Positions 1-9,249 of a DNA stretch of 64,000 nt are shown here, in pieces. Source of the DNA: an uncultured Aminicenantes bacterium (lineage in GTDB: Bacteria > Acidobacteriota > Aminicenantia > UBA2199); assembly GCA_965195285.1 (NCBI GenBank), contig CBDAFS010000015.1:32001-96000 (forward strand), in the 5' to 3' direction. Below the pieces are notes generated by a model. It saw only the letters and a program-made list of their open reading frames with translations, was not told where the DNA came from and made no database searches. A program made the position numbers and the translations under genes. Within the stretch, counting starts at the first letter, position 1. The number at the start of each line of letters is the position of its first letter.

Positions 1-837
1 AGAATCAAATCCAAAATTAACCGGGAAACTCAGGAGAAGATGAAGGTGATTGCCCGGCTGGGTCAGTTGGCCTGGGATAAACAGATTGATCTGGCGGAAA
101 TCGGATCTGAAACCAGAGAAATAAAAAAGTTAAAGGAGGACCTGGTCCTGATCAATAATGATATCCGTAAACTGGATTCGGAACTTGAGAAACACCAAAC
201 CCGGACGGAAGCGATCAAAAAAGATCATGACACCGGGATTTCTTCGCTTGAAGAGAAAAAGAAACCGCTTGCTCTGAGTCATAAAGAACTGCTCCGTCAG
301 ATTGATTCCATTGGCAATAAAATCAAGGAAAATGACAAATTGAAAACAAAACTGGCCCGGGATATCAGGCATCAAATCCAGGAAATGGAAAAAACGGGAA
401 AGGACGGGTATTTATCCAAGATTGAAAAAGACCTGAAGCTGAAGGAATATGAAAAAAAGATCGAAGCGTTAAAACAAAAGGAGCCCCGGTTCCAGTCAAT
501 TCAAAATACTGCCGAAGTAGAAAAGCAAAATACCAGCGGACAAATCACGGAATTGAATGCCAAAATAGATGAAATGGAATCCCGGATCAATGGATTGAAG
601 AAAGAATTCAGTGAGCAGCACAAAAAGGACGAAGAGATTATTGGAAATTTACAGAAAAACCGGAAGGCACTAAGCATAAAAAAGATCGGGATAGAGAAAC
701 AATTGACCGTTTTGTTTGAAAAAACCGGTGAAAAACTCAATCAGAACCGGCCGGACCGGGCAGAACTCAAGGAAATTTATTCCCGGATCGATCTAATTGA
801 TCAACGCATCCGGGAACTTGAGAGTAAGATGAAATAG
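1..837 (+). CDS. Long coiled-coil hypothetical protein (probably 5'-partial)
   Basis: K/E-rich heptad-like sequence throughout; the frame is open from position 1, so the true start may lie outside the window (first ATG at 40). Confidence 0.6.
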   Translation, partial: RIKSKINRETQEKMKVIARLGQLAWDKQIDLAEIGSETREIKKLKEDLVLINNDIRKLDSELEKHQTRTEAIKKDHDTGISSLEEKKKPLALSHKELLRQIDSIGNKIKENDKLKTKLARDIRHQIQEMEKTGKDGYLSKIEKDLKLKEYEKKIEALKQKEPRFQSIQNTAEVEKQNTSGQITELNAKIDEMESRINGLKKEFSEQHKKDEEIIGNLQKNRKALSIKKIGIEKQLTVLFEKTGEKLNQNRPDRAELKEIYSRIDLIDQRIRELESKMK

Positions 838-838
838 G

Positions 839-1516
839 TTAGAAGGCATAGGTAAACTTCAGACTGTATTTTTCTATAGTGTCGTTTCGATTGTTGTAAA
901 ATAATATTCTGGAAATCAGTTCAATCATCAGAGAGCCGGTTTTTCCAGTTTGGATTTTAATGGGCAGGGTCAACACCAGGTGAGATTGCACTATCCCCTT
1001 GTCCATCTCTTCATACTCGGTCCGCTGCATGTAGGTCAAATAGGCGGCGATCCCGATGGCCGGATACAAACGGATATGTTTCCCTAACTTGATCTCTTTG
1101 AAGAGTAATAAGTGCGGATCAATTTCAGCCATGAATTTGGTTTTGTCTTCCTCGGTTTCGGTTGAGGTAAGCGACGAATAAAGGGAAAGCCAGAGATTCA
1201 TGGTAAAGCGCAGTCCGGCCCTGCCTTTTTTAAAGGCGATGGTGTGTGCCCACATGGGACCGATGGTGAGGTTGCTCCCCTCTAAAAATTCTTCCGGATT
1301 ACTGAAATCATAGTAATGGACTCCCCAGCCCAGCTCGGTTTTTTCATTTATCTGGTAAAAATAAAATATCCCCGCATGCAGAACATGATCATCCAGAAAA
1401 CTGGAAAAAAACCCGATTTTTGATTTTTCGGTTTCATGCTTTTCATAGATCCAGCCATACTGGAACAGACTGGCTGTCAACAGGAAAAAGATGAAAAACG
1501 TTGTTTTGATATTCAT
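839..1516 (-). CDS. Secreted hypothetical protein, probable outer-membrane beta-barrel
   Basis: N-terminal signal peptide, alternating aromatic beta-strands, C-terminal ...LKFTYAF ending in Phe. Confidence 0.55.
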   Translation of the reverse strand: MNIKTTFFIFFLLTASLFQYGWIYEKHETEKSKIGFFSSFLDDHVLHAGIFYFYQINEKTELGWGVHYYDFSNPEEFLEGSNLTIGPMWAHTIAFKKGRAGLRFTMNLWLSLYSSLTSTETEEDKTKFMAEIDPHLLLFKEIKLGKHIRLYPAIGIAAYLTYMQRTEYEEMDKGIVQSHLVLTLPIKIQTGKTGSLMIELISRILFYNNRNDTIEKYSLKFTYAF

Positions 1517-1595
1517 AGGCTTTTAACCTGTATTATACCCCATTCATCCATGACACGCAAAAAGATTTGTCAACCATTTCCAAAATACTTTTTTG

Positions 1596-1624
1596 TTGAC
1601 AAACCGGGAGAATGATATTATAAT
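1596..1624 (+). promoter_or_regulatory. Sigma70 promoter of lexA-dinB
   Basis: Perfect TTGACA (1596-1601), 17-bp spacer, TATAAT (1619-1624). Confidence 0.85.
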
Positions 1625-1630
1625 GAAGGC

Positions 1631-1645
1631 GAACGGAAAGCGAAC
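1631..1645 (+). promoter_or_regulatory. Putative LexA box GAAC-N7-GAAC
   Basis: GAACGGAAAGCGAAC lies at the predicted TSS, 2 nt before the lexA ATG; matches the direct-repeat box known for Alphaproteobacteria and Acidobacterium LexA. Confidence 0.75.
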
Positions 1646-1647
1646 AG

Positions 1648-2223
1648 ATGTTGACCAAGAAACAGAAGGGTTTTCTGGAAATCCTTAAAAAAATGGTAGA
1701 GCAAAAGGGATATTTTCCCACTGTCAGAGAGATTGGCCAGCGTATGCGCTTTTCATCTCCGGCCACGGTTCATGCTTATCTGAACCGGTTGTATCAAAAG
1801 GGAAAGCTTACCAAACAGAACAATTCCTGGGAACTGGTCTCTGATCTTTCCCCGATCCCCCTGATGGGGATTGTGCCGGCAGGTTCCCCGCTTGAAATTT
1901 TCGAGGCCCTGGGGGAGGAAGTTACCCTGCCTGAATGGATGCTGGAAAGGGGAGGCGATATGGTTGCTTTTCGGGTTCAGGGTGAAAGCATGAAGGATGC
2001 TTATATCCGGGAAGGCGATATTGTGATTGTCAAGCGAACTGCGGATGCGGAAAACGGTGAAATGGTGGTGGCATTCCTCTCCGATTCATCCATTACCCTG
2101 AAAAGATTAAAAAAAGAAAAAGACCGTTATTGCCTGATTCCTGAGAATCCCGACTATGAGATCATATGCGAGCCCTTTCAACTGGTAGGCAAAGTGATCG
2201 GTGTACTGAGAAGCTACCGATGA
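1648..2223 (+). CDS. lexA: SOS repressor LexA
   Basis: N-terminal wHTH (PTVREIG...SPATVH), Ala-Gly cleavage site (VPAGSP), catalytic Ser (GESM) and Lys (TLKR). Confidence 0.95.
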   Translation: MLTKKQKGFLEILKKMVEQKGYFPTVREIGQRMRFSSPATVHAYLNRLYQKGKLTKQNNSWELVSDLSPIPLMGIVPAGSPLEIFEALGEEVTLPEWMLERGGDMVAFRVQGESMKDAYIREGDIVIVKRTADAENGEMVVAFLSDSSITLKRLKKEKDRYCLIPENPDYEIICEPFQLVGKVIGVLRSYR

Positions 2224-3407
2224 AGGCTCCTTTTATTCTTCACATTGATATCGATGCTTTTTTTGCGGCCGTGGAAGTGATGTTGAAACCTTCCCTGAAA
2301 GGCAAGCCGGTCATTGTCGGCGGTATGCCCGATGAGCGGGGAGTCGTTTGTACCGCTTCCTATGCAGCCAGAAAGTTTGGCGTTCATTCGGGAATGGCCC
2401 TGAGAACTGCTGCCCAAAAATGTCCTTCCGGTATTTTCTTGAGAGGGCGATACCATATTTACAGTCAGATTTCCAGGCGTTTTTTTGATTCCCTCAACCG
2501 CCTTTCTCCCGGAGTTGAAGGGGTTTCCATTGATGAGGCCTATATTGATTTGAGAGGAATGCGGTATCTTTATCCTTCTGTTTATCAGATGGCTCAATGC
2601 CTGAAGGAATCGGTTGAAAAGGAGATCGGCCTAAAGGTCTCGGCAGGCCTGGGTTTTTCAAAATTAGGGGCCAAACTGGCTACCGAAGTGGCCAAACCCG
2701 GAGGTTTCTTTTTTCTGGGCGATGAAAGAACCTTTGTCTCCAATCTGGCCCTGGAAAAGATTCCGGGGATCGGGCCCCATACCCTTTTGATTCTCCAGGG
2801 GTTGGGCATAAAGCGGGTGAAGGAACTGGAGTCTGCTTACCCGTCTATCTGGAAAAAGCTCATCGGCCCGCATCTGTATTCCAGCTCCCGCTATCCGGGC
2901 AATACTCAGGGACAGGCCAAGAGTTTCAGCCGGGAAACCACTTTTCCCGAGGATATTTCGGACCGGGAAATGATCATGTCTCATCTGGCTTACCTGGTTG
3001 ACCGGTTATCGGTGTGTTTGATTGAACATCATCTGTTTGCCGGGCGGATTGAAGTCAAGGTGAGGTTCGGTGATTTTTCAACTTTTACCCGGAGAACCAC
3101 TCTGGAATTTCCCACCGGTTCTTATCAGCACCTGTGGAAAGCGTCATTATCTTTATTGAATCAGTTGCTCAATAAGAAGAAACTGGCCTTGAGACTGGTG
3201 GGGGTTAAGGTGGAAGATATGATGAGACAGAGGGATTTATTGCCTTTTGTCTGTTTGAAGAGCGAGAAATTGAGTCATGGGATAAGCGATATCCGCAAAC
3301 GGTTTGGTTTTTCGTCTATTTTTATTGGAAGGGAACTGTTTCTGGAAGGCATATACCCGGTGGAAAGGGAAGGAATGGTCTTGAAAACCGCTTCTTTAAC
3401 CAAATAA
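2220..3407 (+). CDS. dinB: DNA polymerase IV (Y-family)
   Basis: HIDIDAFFAAVE, SYAARKFGV and SIDEAY motifs; ATGA overlap with the lexA stop; clamp-like QRDLL near the C-terminus. Confidence 0.9.
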   Translation: MKAPFILHIDIDAFFAAVEVMLKPSLKGKPVIVGGMPDERGVVCTASYAARKFGVHSGMALRTAAQKCPSGIFLRGRYHIYSQISRRFFDSLNRLSPGVEGVSIDEAYIDLRGMRYLYPSVYQMAQCLKESVEKEIGLKVSAGLGFSKLGAKLATEVAKPGGFFFLGDERTFVSNLALEKIPGIGPHTLLILQGLGIKRVKELESAYPSIWKKLIGPHLYSSSRYPGNTQGQAKSFSRETTFPEDISDREMIMSHLAYLVDRLSVCLIEHHLFAGRIEVKVRFGDFSTFTRRTTLEFPTGSYQHLWKASLSLLNQLLNKKKLALRLVGVKVEDMMRQRDLLPFVCLKSEKLSHGISDIRKRFGFSSIFIGRELFLEGIYPVEREGMVLKTASLTK

Positions 3408-3491
3408 TTTTTCATAACCTGGTACTCTGGTGATTGAATATTTACGCATTATGATTTACACTAAATAAGATGATTTAATTATTGAACAACC

Positions 3492-6440
3492 ATGACACTT
3501 TCTAAAGATTATCAGCCTCAATTTGGTATATTTCATGATTTAATGAAATTCAGGGTGAGGGAGATCCTGTTGGTATCGAGTTATTATGATGCGTTTGTTC
3601 TGGAAGAAGACGGGAGGATATCCGAAAAGATATTCAGTGAGTATCTGGATTTAAACCTTCGTTATGTCCCCCGTATCAACCGGGTTTCAAGTGCCGAAGA
3701 AGCGCTGCTGCTATTGGAAGAAGGACATTATGACCTGGTGATTACCATGATGAGGATAGCCGATATGGATGTGATGGAATTCGGCCGCAAGATAAAGGAA
3801 ATAAACCCGGAACTCCCGGTTGTCCTCTTAACGTATGAATGGGTGGGGATTGATCTTTTTAGCCAATTGAGGACTTCAGCCAATATTGATAAAATATTTT
3901 TCTGGTCCGGGGATACCCGGATTTTGTTAGCCATCATCAAATATGTAGAAGACATCAAAAATGTCGATCAGGATATTAAGCAGGGGGTTCAGGTCATTCT
4001 TATCCTGGAGGATTCTCCCAAGTTTTATTCCATGTATCTTCCGGGCATATATACCGAGATCATGACCCAGACCCGGTTGTTAATCACCGAAGGTATCAAT
4101 GATTTACATCGATTGTTGAGAATGAGGGCCAGACCCAAAATCATTATGGCTGAAACCTATGAGCAGGGCATGAAACTCTTTCGAAAATATCGAAAGAACC
4201 TTCTTGGAATCATTTCGGATGTTGAATTTATCAGAAACGGTGAAATGGATGATACCGCGGGCTTTTTATTTGCGGAAAAAGCCAGGGGGGAAATCCATGA
4301 CCTGCCCATTTTGATCCAATCGGCCAAGTTGAAAAACAGGGAAATTGCTGTTCAAAACGAATTGGATTTCATTAATAAGAATTCCCCGCATTTATTACAG
4401 GAGTTGACCCAGTTCATTCTGAACCGGTTTGGCTTCGGTGATTTTGTTTTCAGTTATCCCGACGGCAGGGAGATTGGCCGGGCCGGTTCGCTTCATGAGT
4501 TTCAGAAGATGATCCAAATTATTCCGGCCGAAAGCCTGGAGTTTCATGCCAGCAGGAATCATATCTCCATCTGGCTGCGGGCCAGAACTGAATTTGAAAC
4601 AGCTGAAAAACTAAGGCCCAGAAAAGTATCGGATTTTACAGATATTGAAGAAGTGAGAAAATTCATTCAACGGACCATTCAAAATTTGATCATTCAGAAT
4701 CAGTCCGGTGTGATTACCGATTTCGGACCGGCCCGGTTTGATATGGACCATTCATTTGTGCGTCTGGGAAACGGTTCGATGGGTGGAAAAGCCAGGGGGA
4801 TCGCTTTCCTCAATAGCTTATTGATGGACTCACCAATCAAAAAAAACTTCGAAGAGGTAGATATCCGGACACCCCATACTTTTGTGATCTGCAGTGAAGT
4901 ATTTGAGGAATTTATCGCTGCCAATGATTTGCAGAACGTTGCCATCGGGGAAACCGACAATGACCGGATTGCTAATGCATTTATAGAAAAAAAGCTTCCG
5001 GATAGAATTGCCAGTGATCTTCGAACCTTGCTGGAAAATATCCGCTACCCTTTGGCCATTCGTTCTTCGAGTCTGCTCGAGGATTCTCAAATGCTGCCGT
5101 TTGCCGGTTTGTATTCCACCTATATGCTTCCCAATAATCATCGGGATGTCAGGGTACGGTTGGAACAGCTGTGCAAAGCCGTCAAGCTGGTATTTGCATC
5201 CGTGTTTTACAAATCTCCCAAGGAATATGTAAAAAATACAAATTTCAGAATAGAAGAAGAAAAAATGGCGGTGATTATTCAACAGGTAGTGGGCCAGGAA
5301 TTCAACCACAGGTTTTATCCGGTCATCTCCGGTGTGGCCCAGTCTTATAATTATTACCCGATTTCCAATATGGAACCGGAAGATGGGATTGTCCAGCTCG
5401 CACTGGGTCTGGGCACCACCATTGGAGAGGGCTCTCAGACCCATAAATTTTCCCCCCGGTTTCCGGAGATGAATCCACTGTTTTCAGCCCCGGTTGAATG
5501 GGTGAATAATTCTCAGAATTATTTTTATGCACTGAATCTCGCTGAACCGGATGTGGAAATAATAAAAGACGAAAAATTCAGTTTGAATAAATTGGACCTC
5601 ACCCATGCTGAAAGCGATGGGACCCTGTATTTTGTTGCCAGTACTTTTTCACCCCAGGACAATGTCATTCAGGATAACCTTACTATCAAGGGACCCCGAT
5701 TGGTGACGTTTGCCCATGTGTTGAAATACAATATTTTTCCGCTCTCGGAGATTCTGCTTGAGATCTTGAAATTGGGTCGCACCTCTTTTGGTTCTCATAT
5801 CGAATTGGAGTTTGCCATCAACCTGTTCAGGGAAAAGAAAAAGAAACCGGAATTTTTTCTGTTGCAGATAAGACCACTGGTTGGTGGGCGGGAAACCATC
5901 CAGGTATCCTGGGATCAGGATTCTCAAAAGGATATCATATGCATGTCATCCCATGCCCTGGGAAATGGGATATACGATGATTTGTATGACCTGGTTTATG
6001 TGGATCCCGATGCCTTTGATGTTTCCAAAAGCCGGGTTATAGCGGGCGAAATCGGAGAAATAAACCAGGGATTCATTGCAGAAAACCGAAAATATATTTT
6101 AATCGGCTTTGGTCGATGGGGTACCGCCGATCCCTGGCTGGGGATTCCGGTTGAATGGTATCAGATCTGCAAAGCCGGTATTGTGGTAGAATCCAACAGG
6201 GATGGTTTTATTGTAGACCCATCTCAGGGCAGTCATTTTTTTCACAATCTGGTATCTTTAAAAATTGGATATTTTCACATTAAAAAAACCAATGACCAGG
6301 AGTTCATATCCTGGGACTGGATCAAGAAACAACGCCCTTTCCGAAAAAAAAAATATATTAGACATGTTCGATTTAAAAAACCGCTTCCCGTAAAAATTGA
6401 CGGACGCCAGTCTAAAGGTATTATTTTGAAGCCCCGCTAA
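3492..6440 (+). CDS. Receiver-domain / PEP-pyruvate-binding (PPDK_N) fusion protein
   Basis: N-terminal REC-like repeats; GGKARG, PLAIRSSSLLED, FAGLYST and LLQIRP motifs; C-terminal SQGSHFFHN. Confidence 0.85.
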   Translation: MTLSKDYQPQFGIFHDLMKFRVREILLVSSYYDAFVLEEDGRISEKIFSEYLDLNLRYVPRINRVSSAEEALLLLEEGHYDLVITMMRIADMDVMEFGRKIKEINPELPVVLLTYEWVGIDLFSQLRTSANIDKIFFWSGDTRILLAIIKYVEDIKNVDQDIKQGVQVILILEDSPKFYSMYLPGIYTEIMTQTRLLITEGINDLHRLLRMRARPKIIMAETYEQGMKLFRKYRKNLLGIISDVEFIRNGEMDDTAGFLFAEKARGEIHDLPILIQSAKLKNREIAVQNELDFINKNSPHLLQELTQFILNRFGFGDFVFSYPDGREIGRAGSLHEFQKMIQIIPAESLEFHASRNHISIWLRARTEFETAEKLRPRKVSDFTDIEEVRKFIQRTIQNLIIQNQSGVITDFGPARFDMDHSFVRLGNGSMGGKARGIAFLNSLLMDSPIKKNFEEVDIRTPHTFVICSEVFEEFIAANDLQNVAIGETDNDRIANAFIEKKLPDRIASDLRTLLENIRYPLAIRSSSLLEDSQMLPFAGLYSTYMLPNNHRDVRVRLEQLCKAVKLVFASVFYKSPKEYVKNTNFRIEEEKMAVIIQQVVGQEFNHRFYPVISGVAQSYNYYPISNMEPEDGIVQLALGLGTTIGEGSQTHKFSPRFPEMNPLFSAPVEWVNNSQNYFYALNLAEPDVEIIKDEKFSLNKLDLTHAESDGTLYFVASTFSPQDNVIQDNLTIKGPRLVTFAHVLKYNIFPLSEILLEILKLGRTSFGSHIELEFAINLFREKKKKPEFFLLQIRPLVGGRETIQVSWDQDSQKDIICMSSHALGNGIYDDLYDLVYVDPDAFDVSKSRVIAGEIGEINQGFIAENRKYILIGFGRWGTADPWLGIPVEWYQICKAGIVVESNRDGFIVDPSQGSHFFHNLVSLKIGYFHIKKTNDQEFISWDWIKKQRPFRKKKYIRHVRFKKPLPVKIDGRQSKGIILKPR

Positions 6441-6609
6441 GCCTGGAATCCTTATTCCTTTTGATGACCCGGCCGGCGATAGATAAGGAATACCAGTCCC
6501 CCCAGGATACCATAACCCACTCTCATCCCCAGATCGATGAGTTCGCCGGACAGGGCAAAGGCTGGCGGAAAATTCATCAACTGTTTGAAACTGGCTGTCC
6601 GAATTCCCA
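6403..6609 (+). repeat. 207-bp direct repeat, copy A (other copy 8062-8268)
   Basis: GACGCCAGTCTAAAGG...TGTCCGAAT(T/C)CCCA; ungapped, about 5 mismatches; spans the 3' ends of two convergent genes. Confidence 0.95.
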
Positions 6610-6756
6610 ATAAATTTATTTTAAACGGAGTGATAATGCTTTTTCCGACTGCAGGTGTTCGGTGGACCTGAGTAGTAATTTGACTTTTTTAGTGATATCT
6701 ATAAAATAAATATTGAGAGGAGATCTGATTTTTATTAGATGATTAGGAGGAGAAGC

Positions 6757-7974
6757 ATGAAGAGATTTTTATTTTTTGTCATAATACCCATTTTGATTTT
6801 ACCAGTAATGACCTGTAACGAGGTGGTGGAGGAAATTATTGAAGAAATAACCTCCATGTCCTTTACCACACCCAATAAAATTTATGATGGCAATCTTCCG
6901 GCGGAGGGGGATAATACCAGTTATTTATTGGATCCAGCCATGGAGGTGAGTACGGATGGCGAGATTTATCTGATCTGGAATAATTGGATAAATGATGATG
7001 AAGATCGTATTTCCTTTGGATGGTCCGGTGATAGGGGGGATACCTGGAGTGAATCAAAAAGGATATCCAGTGGTTACAAGGCCTCCATTTCCCTGTCAAA
7101 TTCAGGAAATGTTAATGTTGTTTATCCTCGGTGCTGCCCCTGGGATTTATTTCATATCAGCTCATCGGACAATGGTACTACATGGCGATCACCGGTCCAG
7201 ATAACCAACTCCAGTTTCCTCACTCCCTCCCTGGATCCAAAAATTTGTATTGATAATTCTGGTAATATGAATGTGGCTTGGAATAAAGGGAATCAGCAAG
7301 ATGTATGGGAAGTGTATTTCAGCCACTCCTCTGATAGTGGCTTTAACTGGTCAGTGTCAATAGGGATATCAAATAAGCCCAACTATCATTCAAATGATTC
7401 CTCCATCACCTGTTTGGCAAGTGGAAGCATTTATTTGGTATGGCAGCAGAATCTTCCCCAAAACGCCATGCAGGTATTTTTCAGTCAATCGGATGATTAT
7501 GGGGTCACCTGGACAATACCCAAAGATGTATCGCCGGGGGACAATCATTCTGAACACCCCTTTATTACCTGTGATGGTTCATCCACCATCTACCTGACCT
7601 GGTCCAATAATTACCATTATACGGAAAAACTAAATGTATTTTTATCATTCTCTACTGATAATGGTGCAACCTGGAGAACTCCAGTCAATGTATCCAATAC
7701 TGCCAATGCTGATTCCAAATATCCGGTAATGGCTATTGATAATAAGGGATATATTTATATCGCCTGGATGGAGAAGGTGAGTGGCAACTGGGAGATATAT
7801 TTTAAGCATTCTCCGGATGGGGGAGAGAATTGGAGTGATCCGGTTAATATATCCAGTAATTCGGGTGATTCCTGTGTGCCGGTAGTGGGAGTGGATGGTG
7901 ATGGAACAGTATACCTGGTCTGGGATGATGATACCTCCGGCAAAAATGCCATTTACTTTGCTAGGAGTTTTTAA
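6757..7974 (+). CDS. BNR/Asp-box (sialidase-like beta-propeller) lipoprotein
   Basis: Six SxDxGxxW Asp-box repeats; signal peptide with lipobox-like VMTC; AGGAGG RBS. Confidence 0.85.
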   Translation: MKRFLFFVIIPILILPVMTCNEVVEEIIEEITSMSFTTPNKIYDGNLPAEGDNTSYLLDPAMEVSTDGEIYLIWNNWINDDEDRISFGWSGDRGDTWSESKRISSGYKASISLSNSGNVNVVYPRCCPWDLFHISSSDNGTTWRSPVQITNSSFLTPSLDPKICIDNSGNMNVAWNKGNQQDVWEVYFSHSSDSGFNWSVSIGISNKPNYHSNDSSITCLASGSIYLVWQQNLPQNAMQVFFSQSDDYGVTWTIPKDVSPGDNHSEHPFITCDGSSTIYLTWSNNYHYTEKLNVFLSFSTDNGATWRTPVNVSNTANADSKYPVMAIDNKGYIYIAWMEKVSGNWEIYFKHSPDGGENWSDPVNISSNSGDSCVPVVGVDGDGTVYLVWDDDTSGKNAIYFARSF

Positions 7975-8061
7975 TTGATAATGGTATTTATTTGAATACT
8001 TTTATTAAATAGAACACTGATAATTGATTCTATTTAATTCTAAAGTGAGGAGAGAATTACA

Positions 8062-8268
8062 GACGCCAGTCTAAAGGTATTATTTTGAAGCCCCGCTAAG
8101 CCTGGAATCCTTATTTTTTTTGATGATCCGGCCGGCGATAGATAAGGAATACCAGTCCCCCCAGGATACCATAACCCACTCTCATCCCCAGATCGATGAG
8201 TTCGCCGGACAGGGCAAAGGCTGGCGGAAAATTCATCAACTGTTTGAAACTGACTGTCCGAATCCCCA
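8062..8268 (+). repeat. 207-bp direct repeat, copy B
   Basis: Matches 6403-6609 at an offset of 1659 bp. Confidence 0.95.
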
Positions 8269-9094
8269 GTCCATTTATGGCCGGTACGGTCATGAGCAGA
8301 ACGATCATTACCGGTACTTTGATCATGAAATCAATGGTATCCGGATTCTGGCCCAGAGCCCGGGCAATCAGGTAATAGTATATGATCATATTCAATTGAA
8401 ATATAATGCTGATCAACAGCGCAGACATGAGCTCAAAAGGCCGGTGAAAGTAAATGGATAGGGCTTGGTAAGATTCGTTTAATAAATGACCGACTTTTTT
8501 CGGTAATATTTTATTCAAAAAATTAAGAACTTTGGGGGCAATACCGGGATGAGCCAACATCATTCCAACCGCTCCCATTAAAATCAGGACAGCGAATAAA
8601 AACCAGATTCCTGTATTTTCATTGTCTCCCCTTAGGGTTTTGATGATTAAAGCGGTCAGGGCGATTAAAATCAGGGCTGCCAATCCGGTTATCCTTTCCA
8701 TTATGACAACCATTAAAGAGGTGGTGGTTTTCCCGGTCAGTTTTTTGCTTTCAATGACTCGGAGGGTATCGCCTCCGATTGTGGATGGTAAAAAAGTATT
8801 GAAAAAAGCTGCCATAAAATAGTAAAGAAAGAGTTGGCCGAAGTTGGCCTGGACATCCTGGGCTCTTAACATGAATTTCCATCTCAGGCTAATCAGGCCG
8901 AATCCTACCAGGTGGAGCAGACTGGCCGGAATAAGGTACTTGAGCGAAGCAGAAGAAAAGGCCTCAAAGATCTTTTTAAAAGCATCGGTGAGGCCACCCT
9001 GTTGATTGGAGAGCATGAGCAGAAAGTATCCGATCAGTATGGTGCTGACCACTATCCTGAGAAATAAAAGTATTGTCTTTTTTTTCATGTTCAT
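8111..9094 (-). CDS. Lysylphosphatidylglycerol-synthase TM / UPF0104 flippase-like membrane protein
   Basis: RW..L, FFNTFLPSTIGGD, ERITGL and P..NGLG motifs; multiple TM helices. Confidence 0.85.
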   Translation of the reverse strand: MNMKKKTILLFLRIVVSTILIGYFLLMLSNQQGGLTDAFKKIFEAFSSASLKYLIPASLLHLVGFGLISLRWKFMLRAQDVQANFGQLFLYYFMAAFFNTFLPSTIGGDTLRVIESKKLTGKTTTSLMVVIMERITGLAALILIALTALIIKTLRGDNENTGIWFLFAVLILMGAVGMMLAHPGIAPKVLNFLNKILPKKVGHLLNESYQALSIYFHRPFELMSALLISIIFQLNMIIYYYLIARALGQNPDTIDFMIKVPVMIVLLMTVPAINGLGIRTVSFKQLMNFPPAFALSGELIDLGMRVGYGILGGLVFLIYRRPDHQKK

Positions 9095-9156
9095 GCAGAC
9101 CCGATATCAGAAATACATCCATACTAACACCCTGCTGAAACATAGTCAATAATCCT

Positions 9157-9185
9157 TTGACTTTGGTTTGGGGGGGTGATAAAAT
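9157..9185 (+). promoter_or_regulatory. Sigma70 promoter for nupC
   Basis: TTGACT, 17-bp spacer, TAAAAT with an extended TG. Confidence 0.6.
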
Positions 9186-9249
9186 CAATCTTGGATCAGG
9201 TGTTTCCTGAGGCATATACACAGACATTTATCTTAAACAGGTTAATAGA

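Noticed and set aside
2166-2219. Longer dinB start from the ORF track (likewise 21502 purF, 22919 grx, 40725 ACP, 56145 tolC)
   Set aside because: Downstream ATGs fit family N-termini, RBS or stop-start overlaps better
6403-8268. Diversity-generating retroelement TR/VR pair
   Set aside because: Few mismatches, the repeat spans two genes and an intergenic gap, and there is no reverse transcriptase or Avd in the window
9095-9249. Purine riboswitch upstream of nupC
   Set aside because: Only a short TCAGG/CCTGA hairpin; the conserved purine-aptamer core is not present
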